From NCBI GenBank assembly GCA_946415375.1, contig CAMKSF010000007.1, forward strand, positions 7,283 to 71,282: DNA of 64,000 nt, given 5' to 3'. The position numbers were made by a program, and so were the translations under genes. Shown here in pieces: positions 19,389-27,305 of this stretch (the first letter of the stretch is position 1; every line of letters begins with the position of its first letter). Source of the DNA: an uncultured Clostridia bacterium (lineage in GTDB: Bacteria > Bacillota > Clostridia > TANB77 > CAG-508). The notes below the pieces were generated by a model that did no database searches, was not told where the DNA came from, and worked only from the letters and a program-made list of their open reading frames with translations.

Positions 19389-19784
19389 TTATGAAAATAA
19401 TTTAAGTAATGCTAATGTAATTGTTGATACAGCAACCTTCCAAGACATTCTTATTGATCTTAAAAACACATTTTTTAAAGCAACAAGTTTATGATCTTCT
19501 TGAATAGTAAGTGCTAAGCAATTTGTAGTATTAGCATCTTCTGTTTTGATATCAATTGATTCACTAGGAACTTCATCTGAGGTTTCTGGTGAATTTTCTA
19601 TTTCCTCAGTTTTTTCTTCTACTATTTCTTGATTAGAATCAGATTCGCTTATTACATCTTGAATTTCATTGTTTTCTTCTATACAGTCTTGTACTATTTC
19701 AAAAATAATTTCTTCTTTAGATATAGTTTCTTCTATTGAATTTAAAGATTCATCTAAATTTAAGTTTTCGTTTAAATTTTCCAA
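19389..19784 (-). CDS. hypothetical highly acidic protein
   Basis: TTG start preceded by AAGGAAG; E/D/S-rich N-terminal two-thirds, hydrophobic C-terminus; convergent with the previous gene. Confidence 0.4.
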   Translation of the reverse strand: MENLNENLNLDESLNSIEETISKEEIIFEIVQDCIEENNEIQDVISESDSNQEIVEEKTEEIENSPETSDEVPSESIDIKTEDANTTNCLALTIQEDHKLVALKNVFLRSIRMSWKVAVSTITLALLKLFS

Positions 19785-19977
19785 AAAATCACTTCCTTTT
19801 CATCTGTAGTTAAGTTCATTATAGCATATTAAATTTTATTTTGTAAATACTAAAAATAAAAAAATTGACATAACTTATTCAATTAAATAATAAAATGTAT
19901 AAATGGAATTTGATATTATAATGATTTTTGTTTCTAATGGTATGATTTAAATAATAATTAATAAATAGCTGAGGGGA

Positions 19978-21783
19978 ATGATTTTTATGGAGGTAACACT
20001 ATCTAATAAAAAGAAGATGCTAAGGACAATGTTTTGTTCTTTTTTTGTTATGGCATTCTTAGGGTTTAGGATTGGCTTTTTACAATTTCATGATGGAGAA
20101 AAATTACAAATACTTGCATATGAACAACAAGTTCAACAAAGAGCTGTAAGTGCCAAAAGAGGAACAATTTATGATAGTACAGGAAAATACATATTGGCAG
20201 TAAGTTCAACAGCATACCAAATAACAATTAATCCAACAAACATTTCAAAAGAAAACAAAGAAAAAGTTGCGAGGGCATTGTCAGATATATTTGAATTAGA
20301 TTATGAAAAGGTTTTAAAAAAAGTGTCTAAAAAGAGTTCTATAGAAACAATTACAAAAAAAGTTGAAGAAGAAAAGGCAGATGAGCTTAGAAAATGGATG
20401 TTAGAAAATAACATTAAGACAGGAATAAATATAGATGTTGATACAAAAAGATATTATCCATATACTAATTTAGCTTCACAATTAATAGGATTTTGTGGAA
20501 GTGATAATCAAGGTTTAGATGGAATTGAGGCAAAATACAATGAAATTTTAGCAGGAACAAATGGCTCTATACAAAGGTCAACTGATGCAACAGGAGAAAA
20601 AATAGGAGAAAATGGAGAAAGATATGTGGCTCCTATTGATGGAAATAGTGTTAAGCTTTCTATTGATATGACAATTCAGTCTATAATAGAAAAACATTTA
20701 GAAGAAGCATGTATTGACAATAAGTGCACAGATGGTGGAAACATAGTTGCAATGAATCCAAAAACTGGAGATGTACTTGCTATGGCAACATATCCAAGCT
20801 ATAATTTAAATGAACCATATACTATAAATAGCGAAGAATTAAAAAATAATTGGGATAACATAGAACAAAAGGAAAAGACAAAAGCCTTGCAAGGAATGTG
20901 GAGAAACAAAGCAATATCTGATACATATGAACCAGGTTCTGTATTTAAGTTAATAACTGCATCAGCAGCACTAGAAGAAAAAATAACAGACACAGATAAT
21001 AGTGGGGAATTTTGTTGCACAGGAGGAATTACAGTAGGAGGTGCAAGAATAAAATGTTGGAGATATTATAGACCACATGGTTCGGAAAGTTTAAGACAGG
21101 GACTTATGAATTCTTGCAATCCAGTATTTATTGGACTTGGACAAAAATTAGGTGTTGATACATACTATAACTATTTAAATAAATTTGGTCTTCTTTCAAA
21201 AACTGGAATTAACCTTCCAGGTGAAGCAAATAGTATATTTGTAAAGCAAGAAAAATGTGGTCCGGTAGAACTTGCAACAATTAGTTTTGGACAGAGATTT
21301 GAAATAACACCAATACAATTAGTTACAGCTATATCAAGTATTGTAAATGGAGGAAATCTTTTAACTCCAAGAGTTGTGAAATCTGTAATTGATACAAAAA
21401 CAGGAGAAGAACAGGAATTAAAAATAGAAGAAAAAAACAAAACGATTTCTGAAGAAACATCCAAAAAAGTTAGAAGCATGATGGAATCTGTTGTATCAGA
21501 AGGAACCGGGAAAAATTCTAAAGTAGAAGGATACAGAATAGGAGGTAAAACAGGTACATCAGAAGATGGCGTAAACACAGGAAAATATGTAACATCCTTT
21601 TGTGGAGTTGCACCAATTGATGATCCAAAAATAGTAGTATTAATTACTTTATATAACCCTACAGGAGAAGGAGGACACCAAGGAGGCGGAGTTGCAGCAC
21701 CTGTTGGTGGAAAAATATTTGCTGAAGTTTTGCCTTATTTATGTCCTAATAACAAAATAGGTACTGATGAAAAAAGTGAATAA
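19978..21783 (+). CDS. class B penicillin-binding protein (FtsI/PBP2B/SpoVD-type transpeptidase)
   Basis: Likely start ATG 19987; N-terminal TM; SxxK (GSVFKL), SxN (NSCN), KTG (GGKTGTSE); the dcw-type partner of mraZ-rsmH-ftsL. Confidence 0.9.
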   Translation: MIFMEVTLSNKKKMLRTMFCSFFVMAFLGFRIGFLQFHDGEKLQILAYEQQVQQRAVSAKRGTIYDSTGKYILAVSSTAYQITINPTNISKENKEKVARALSDIFELDYEKVLKKVSKKSSIETITKKVEEEKADELRKWMLENNIKTGINIDVDTKRYYPYTNLASQLIGFCGSDNQGLDGIEAKYNEILAGTNGSIQRSTDATGEKIGENGERYVAPIDGNSVKLSIDMTIQSIIEKHLEEACIDNKCTDGGNIVAMNPKTGDVLAMATYPSYNLNEPYTINSEELKNNWDNIEQKEKTKALQGMWRNKAISDTYEPGSVFKLITASAALEEKITDTDNSGEFCCTGGITVGGARIKCWRYYRPHGSESLRQGLMNSCNPVFIGLGQKLGVDTYYNYLNKFGLLSKTGINLPGEANSIFVKQEKCGPVELATISFGQRFEITPIQLVTAISSIVNGGNLLTPRVVKSVIDTKTGEEQELKIEEKNKTISEETSKKVRSMMESVVSEGTGKNSKVEGYRIGGKTGTSEDGVNTGKYVTSFCGVAPIDDPKIVVLITLYNPTGEGGHQGGGVAAPVGGKIFAEVLPYLCPNNKIGTDEKSE

Positions 21784-22126
21784 TGTACAAAGGATGAAAT
21801 TTGTAAGAATAAAATAAAAATAAGAGGTGTATATATTTGATAAAAACTTTAGAAGTAACAGATTAAGATGATTTGTTGCTTTTGGATGATTTAGATAGGG
21901 AAAAATGAAATTTATTGATATATATAATGAAAATCACAAATATTTAGGAACATGTGAAAAAGAGTTAGCACATAAAAATTGCAAATGAACTTTAACTGAA
22001 AAAGAAAATAATATAGAAAGAGATAAAAAAATATTGGAAATACTTGCGAAATTATCAGTGGATAAAATAAGTTGGACATGAGAAGAGGTGCTACTATATT
22101 CAAATTTTATCTAACTATTAGATAGT

Positions 22127-22173
22127 GTAAAATAAAGTGATTCTTAGTCAACTAATTTGACAAAGAATCACTT
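22127..22173 (-). terminator. terminator of the LytTR/membrane-protein operon
   Basis: Perfect 11-bp stem AAGTGATTCTT / AAGAATCACTT; on the minus strand it is followed by TATTTTA. Confidence 0.55.
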
Positions 22174-22186
22174 TATTTGAAAAAGT

Positions 22187-22699
22187 CTAAGTGTGTTTAT
22201 TTCTTTCTTTTAATTTTTGATTTATTTTTTTTACTAGATTACTCTCAATTGTAGCTTTTATACATACATATATACTAGATAAAGTTAATACTATCATAAA
22301 TGATATAATATTCATAATTACAATATTATCAGTAAATACTTTAAAATCTAATAGTGTCATTATTAAAAAAGTTATTACCACAACTAAAAACATATTTAGT
22401 ATAGCTTTGTAAGGATGTTCGATTAAAAATTTGTCAGAAGAAGATTTTGTTTCTTTTAAGTGAACAATAATATGGATATTTATAAAAAATAAATAATAAG
22501 CAAAGCCAATGACAATAAGTTGCAAAACCAATGTTGTAATATCTTGTAACTGTGCTATTTCAGTTGTAAAGGTATTTTCTCCTGCAATTAAATATACACT
22601 TGCATAATTTATCATAAGTAGAGTAATTCCAACAGGAAAGCCTAGTAATGAATGAACTACAATTTTTCTAAAAACAGTTTCTTTTTTCATTTTAATCAC
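22187..22699 (-). CDS. polytopic membrane protein (DUF3021-like partner of LytTR regulators)
   Basis: Four to five predicted TM helices; 8 nt downstream of a LytTR-only gene, a pairing I recall as typical for DUF3021. Confidence 0.5.
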   Translation of the reverse strand: MIKMKKETVFRKIVVHSLLGFPVGITLLMINYASVYLIAGENTFTTEIAQLQDITTLVLQLIVIGFAYYLFFINIHIIVHLKETKSSSDKFLIEHPYKAILNMFLVVVITFLIMTLLDFKVFTDNIVIMNIISFMIVLTLSSIYVCIKATIESNLVKKINQKLKERNKHT

Positions 22700-22707
22700 A
22701 CTCCTAT

Positions 22708-23148
22708 CTATATTTCTAAAAATTCTTTAATCTTTGGTATATATCTTCTAGAAGCATAAGATTTATTTCCACTTTTGAAATTTATAATCAAAGTTCCAAG
22801 AATCTTAAAATCGATATTTTGTACTTTATTAAAATTGACTATTTCAGAATTTGAAATTCTAGTAAATACTTTTTTATCTAAGAGAGTTTCAAGTTCATAT
22901 AATCTATTTTTTAATGTATATAATTCATTGTTGCATCTTACTAATATTTTACCATTTTCAGAATAAATAGTTTCTATATCTTTTTGGTTTAAAATATACA
23001 TTTTATCGTCTTTGTATGCTTTTAGTGATTTTTGGTTTATAGAAGATATACCATCAATGATATTAGTAATTTCTTCATTTACTTGATTAGTATAAATGAC
23101 AATTTTTGATTCAGTATATTTTTCATCTACTTTTATTTCAATATCCAT
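22708..23148 (-). CDS. LytTR-family DNA-binding protein (no receiver domain)
   Basis: Start ATG 23148 (MDIEIKV) with GGAGA RBS at 7-nt spacing; C-terminal FTRISNSEIVNFNKV...SGNKSYASRRY is LytTR-like. Confidence 0.7.
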   Translation of the reverse strand: MDIEIKVDEKYTESKIVIYTNQVNEEITNIIDGISSINQKSLKAYKDDKMYILNQKDIETIYSENGKILVRCNNELYTLKNRLYELETLLDKKVFTRISNSEIVNFNKVQNIDFKILGTLIINFKSGNKSYASRRYIPKIKEFLEI

Positions 23149-23544
23149 TATTGTATCTCCATTCAAATATTTTTTTCTTGTTAATTGTATTATAGCACAT
23201 AACCTTTTATTTTTCATCATATTTTTATTATATGGTTATTTTTAAACAATAAGTGGTACAAAAAGTGAAAAATATAAACGATTAAAATAAACTCATTAGT
23301 TAGAAAAATCAATAAAGATGAAGTGATTGATGCTGGGGAAATGCTTGAAAAAATGATATAGAAAGATGGAGATTATTTAAAGTTATGCCATTAAGAAATT
23401 GTGTAATTAGAATAGTACAAATTTTGAAATTAGCAATGAAGAATTTAGAAAAGTGTAGATAAATTGTATGAATATTGGCTAAGTATGCATTAAGAAGATT
23501 AAATGAAATGGAACAATGACCGCAATAAGACGCGTACAACATAA

Positions 23545-23634
23545 GAAGGTGGAGTTGCAGCACCTGTTGGTGGAAAAATATTTGCTGAAGTATTGCCATA
23601 TTTAGAAATAAATCAAGGTAATGAAAAAGATTAA
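23545..23634 (+). pseudogene. orphan 3'-terminal fragment of a class B PBP gene
   Basis: 23551-23604 matches 21688-21741 at 52/54 nt; reads EGGVAAPVGGKIFAEVLPYLEINQGNEKD* with a TAA immediately upstream. Confidence 0.8.
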
Positions 23635-23713
23635 ATAAGAATAAAGTTGAAAAAATATATAAATTGTATTAATATAAATGTTAGAAAAACAATAAGAAAG
23701 GTAAGTAATATAA

Positions 23714-25111
23714 ATGAAAAATACAGTTATCTATGATTATGAGGAAGTTGAAGATGAAATTAATGAAATAATAAAGAAATCTGCATCAAATACATATCAC
23801 TTTATAGAAATAGAAAATAATTGGAAAACAGAATGTGATTTATCAATTAGACATTATTCTATAGGAAGTGGCATGAAGCATATAGTTTTTTTGGCAACAT
23901 TTCACGGCGCAGAGATAATATCTACAGAATTTTTGCTATATATTATGAATTATATAGTAGAAAATGAAAAAGAGTTTTTAGAAATATTAAAAGAATATAC
24001 ATTGAATTTTATTCCAATAGTTAATCCAGAGGGATATATAATAACTACTTCGGCTATAAGAACACAAATTCCAAGGAATATGGAAGCATTAGATATAGAA
24101 AAAATATGCAGTAAATATTTGCGATTATATAAAGAAGATGATGATAAAGTAATAAATGGAGAAATAACAGATAATACAGAACTTAAAAATTACCAAAGTA
24201 TGTTTAAAAAATCAACATATCAGGATATACCAGATAAGTATAAAAGAGTTAAGAAAAAAATAGAGGAAATGTATCAAAAATACAAAATACCTAATGGTGC
24301 GATTATTGCTTGGTGTGCTAATGCAAATGGAATAGACTTAAATGCTAATACAAAATATAATAGAAATATATCTAAAATAGAGAATGGTGAAGAATTGTAT
24401 ATGCCTTTAAGATATAGCAATATAAGATTTTCAGAACCTGGACCTATAAATTGCCCATATGATAAAAATAAAGGCTTTTTACAGGAAAAAGAAACTGTAT
24501 TTATTAGCGAGTTTTTAGAAGAACTATATAATTCAAACAAATTAAGTGCAATATTTAATTATCATTCAACAGGAGGATTAATAGATCAAAGACCATCAGA
24601 GCTTGAAGATGACTTAAAAGACAGAAATATTAATTTAAAACACAAAACATTAAATAACTATATGTTTGCTAAATTTTATCAATCAGAAACATATAAGAAT
24701 TTAAATAATAAAGATGAAAAATATGATATTTTAAAAGACAGTTCAGTTATTAAAACTTTAAATGGTTTATATAGAGTGTTATATCCTTTAGATATGCTAG
24801 TTGAATTATCAGAATTAGGAGGAAATCCTATAGGGCCATATTCAAATATAGATAATTATAATAGTATTATGAAATCGAATTTAGAAGCAATAAAGAAAAG
24901 TATTAGTTATTTAAAACTTTCAAATAAAGTATCTGATATAATATACAATTACATTGAACAAAATCAAGATGAACTAAACGATGAAGAATTTATAAATAGA
25001 GGATATGAGTTTATAGATAAGATTTATGAGAAAATTGAGGAATATTTACCAAGAGTGGAAGATGCAGAAAAAATAATAGAACAAATAAAAAAGATAATTG
25101 AAAATACATAA
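23714..25111 (+). CDS. M14-family zinc carboxypeptidase-like protein (cytoplasmic)
   Basis: HxxE zinc motif in FLATFHGAEII, FIPIVNPEGY; no signal peptide. Confidence 0.6.
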   Translation: MKNTVIYDYEEVEDEINEIIKKSASNTYHFIEIENNWKTECDLSIRHYSIGSGMKHIVFLATFHGAEIISTEFLLYIMNYIVENEKEFLEILKEYTLNFIPIVNPEGYIITTSAIRTQIPRNMEALDIEKICSKYLRLYKEDDDKVINGEITDNTELKNYQSMFKKSTYQDIPDKYKRVKKKIEEMYQKYKIPNGAIIAWCANANGIDLNANTKYNRNISKIENGEELYMPLRYSNIRFSEPGPINCPYDKNKGFLQEKETVFISEFLEELYNSNKLSAIFNYHSTGGLIDQRPSELEDDLKDRNINLKHKTLNNYMFAKFYQSETYKNLNNKDEKYDILKDSSVIKTLNGLYRVLYPLDMLVELSELGGNPIGPYSNIDNYNSIMKSNLEAIKKSISYLKLSNKVSDIIYNYIEQNQDELNDEEFINRGYEFIDKIYEKIEEYLPRVEDAEKIIEQIKKIIENT

Positions 25112-25125
25112 TAACGAAAAAAGAA

Positions 25126-25159
25126 TTTGTAAATTAAGATAAATATTACAAAGTTTTTT
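25126..25159 (+). terminator. weak terminator
   Basis: TTTGTAA / TTACAAA stem followed by GTTTTTT. Confidence 0.35.
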
Positions 25160-25255
25160 CAAAAAAATAACTTTTATGTGACATCTATTTTTTTGGTTGA
25201 AATATAATTATAAAGTGATATAATTAAATAAATGGAATATATTTTATAAAAAAAT

Positions 25256-25825
25256 ATGGAGAAAACTATGGAAAAAAAGAGAAAAAGAACCAAAAATGAG
25301 ATTATAGAAGATGTAATATTTTATGTGTTTATTATGCCATTAGTTGTAATAACAGCAGCAATATTACTTCAAACAATAATTCATCCAGATAAAATTCCAA
25401 ATATTTTTGGATATAAGATGTTTATTGTATTAGATGGAAATATGGAACAATCAATTTCATATGGGGACTTGACATTTACAAAAAATATTGATACAAATAA
25501 ATTAAGAGTTAATGATATTATTGCTTTTAGAAATGCAGAAGAAAAAGTTACAATACATAAGATATCTGAGATAAATGAGGAAAACTCTGAAAAGATATTT
25601 GTTATGCAAGCTAAAACCAATGAAACTAATGATACAAAATATGTTAAAGAAGATGCAGTAGAAGGAATTCTGATTAATAAAATAGACAAAATAGGTCTTA
25701 TTATAATGTACTTACAAGAACCATTTGTGTTTATATTTATAGCATGCTTTATTATGATTATTGGATTGATTTTATACTATAATGTACAGGGAAAAGAAAA
25801 AAAGAAAGAAAAAACAAGTGATTAA
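25256..25825 (+). CDS. SipW-type (S26B) signal peptidase paralogue lacking the catalytic Ser
   Basis: Probable start ATG 25268. SipW architecture (N- and C-terminal TM; GDLTF, IHKI, NETNDT), but the SGSMEP box reads DGNMEQ (nucleophile position = Asn). Confidence 0.7.
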   Translation: MEKTMEKKRKRTKNEIIEDVIFYVFIMPLVVITAAILLQTIIHPDKIPNIFGYKMFIVLDGNMEQSISYGDLTFTKNIDTNKLRVNDIIAFRNAEEKVTIHKISEINEENSEKIFVMQAKTNETNDTKYVKEDAVEGILINKIDKIGLIIMYLQEPFVFIFIACFIMIIGLILYYNVQGKEKKKEKTSD

Positions 25826-25887
25826 AAATAGTTATTAATTTTTTTAATTTAAATATATTAAATAATAAATTATAGGAGGAAAAAATT

Positions 25888-26478
25888 ATGGAAAACGAAG
25901 AAAAAAAGAAAAGAATAAGAAATGGAGTTATTATAGCATTAATTCTATTACTTGCAATATCTTTAATTGGAGGAACTTTTGCAAGATATTCTTCAACAGG
26001 AAAAGCAGATGCAAAAGCAGAAATAGCAAAATGGGCAGTTACTATGAAAAGTGGAGATACAACTTTATCATCAACTTCAAAAGATATTACATTTACAGTA
26101 CAATCAAATAGTAATGTAGTACCAGGAAAAATTGCACCATCAGTAACAGCAGTTGCAGAAGTTGAACTTGATTTAACAGGAACAGAAGTAGCTGTTGATT
26201 TTACAGCAACAGTTGGAAGTATTTCACCAAGTAATTTACCAAGTTCTGACAAAATATCACTTACATCGTCAGTAGATGGAGGAACACCTGGAACGACACA
26301 AACAATCCCTCTAGTTAATAGTTCAGCATTTACAGCACAAAATGGAAAAAAGAAAGTAACTTTAACATTAGAATGGGAAAATGATGATACAAACAATGCT
26401 GATGATACATCAACAGGAACAACAGGAGGAACAATTACAATTCCTGTAACTTTAACAGTACAACAACATATAAACTAA
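25888..26478 (+). CDS. small secreted TasA/camelysin-like protein 1 (putative fibre subunit)
   Basis: Strong AGGAGG RBS; N-terminus ...LLLAISLIGGTFARYSS resembles the SipW-cognate signal (CalY/TasA-type GGTFAYFSD); beta-rich T/S/V body; its own terminator. Confidence 0.6.
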   Translation: MENEEKKKRIRNGVIIALILLLAISLIGGTFARYSSTGKADAKAEIAKWAVTMKSGDTTLSSTSKDITFTVQSNSNVVPGKIAPSVTAVAEVELDLTGTEVAVDFTATVGSISPSNLPSSDKISLTSSVDGGTPGTTQTIPLVNSSAFTAQNGKKKVTLTLEWENDDTNNADDTSTGTTGGTITIPVTLTVQQHIN

Positions 26479-26497
26479 TAATAAATAGATAATAATT

Positions 26498-26527
26498 AAG
26501 GGCTATCTTTTATGGTAGCTCTTTTTG
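26498..26527 (+). terminator. terminator/attenuator after subunit gene 1
   Basis: GGGCTA / TAGCTC stem followed by TTTTT. Confidence 0.45.
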
Positions 26528-26601
26528 CTAGTATTTTTCTGTATATTATTACAATAATATTACAGATATATTATTTTTATGTTACAAACATAGCTATATT
26601 A

Positions 26602-26630
26602 TTGAAGACAAAAATAAACAATGATATAAT
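26602..26630 (+). promoter_or_regulatory. sigma-A-type promoter (extended -10)
   Basis: TTGAAG 26602-26607, 17-nt spacer ending TGA, TATAAT 26625-26630. Confidence 0.5.
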
Positions 26631-26691
26631 TAAAATGAATATTATACCCTGTTGATGCTTAGCAGAAAAAGATTTAGAAAGGAAAAGATGT

Positions 26692-27276
26692 ATGAAACTT
26701 AAAGACCACTACAAAGTGTTTAGAAAAAAACGAAAATCATATATATTAATACTATTCTTTATAGTTTTATTATTCCCAAGGTATTATTCTGTGTCTAGAT
26801 ATGCCAGAGTTTCAGACATCGATTCTAGTACAGGAATTGCAAACTGGGTAATTTCAATAAATGGACAAAATTTAACAGCAAGTACTACAAATATTGCAAA
26901 CCAGATAAAAATAATACCTGACAATACAGGGGAGACAGAATTAGGACCAGGAGATACAGGATATTTTGATATTGAAATAAATCCTGCAGGAACAGAGGTA
27001 TCAGTAGAATATACAATAAATATAAATTTAAGTCATTTGCCAACAGGAACTACAATTACAGGATGTGACTTAATTACAAATTCAAATACTCAAAACTTTT
27101 TTACAGGAAATACTCATGTTATAGAAGATTCAATTAATTTAAATAATAATCAGCCACTAAGTAATTCGGATATTCATAAATATAGAGTACATTGTAAAAT
27201 TGATGATAATGCTGTACTTACAGCAGAAGATGATTATTATGTAAGCATTGCAATAGATATACAACAAAAGATTTAA
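26692..27276 (+). CDS. small secreted TasA/camelysin-like protein 2
   Basis: Basic N-region + TM + YYSVSRYARVSD; LGPGDTGYFDIEINPAGTEVSVEY resembles the PGD...N.G motif of the TasA/camelysin family. Confidence 0.55.
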   Translation: MKLKDHYKVFRKKRKSYILILFFIVLLFPRYYSVSRYARVSDIDSSTGIANWVISINGQNLTASTTNIANQIKIIPDNTGETELGPGDTGYFDIEINPAGTEVSVEYTININLSHLPTGTTITGCDLITNSNTQNFFTGNTHVIEDSINLNNNQPLSNSDIHKYRVHCKIDDNAVLTAEDDYYVSIAIDIQQKI

Positions 27277-27305
27277 TAATAAATGAACTAGGAGTTATTC
27301 TAAAT

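Noticed and set aside
5953-19977. Calling the 14-kb dcw-interrupting segment a mobile element
   Set aside because: No integrase, transposase, recombinase or flanking direct repeats were seen. It is reported as a synteny anomaly only.
21905-21988. Short ORF MKFIDIYNENHKYLGTCEKELAHKNCK* resembling the N-terminus of NUDIX hydrolases
   Set aside because: Only 27 codons, and the resemblance is from memory. The downstream frames do not continue NUDIX-like. It is possibly a gene remnant inside the inserted segment, but too weak to annotate.
23309-23599. 96-aa minus-strand ORF
   Set aside because: Overlies the orphan PBP 3' fragment and decayed spacer. The plus-strand homology to 21688-21741 explains the sequence better.
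25758-26396. 212-aa minus-strand ORF
   Set aside because: Antisense to the strongly supported TasA-like gene 25888..26478 and to the end of the SipW-like gene. No RBS.
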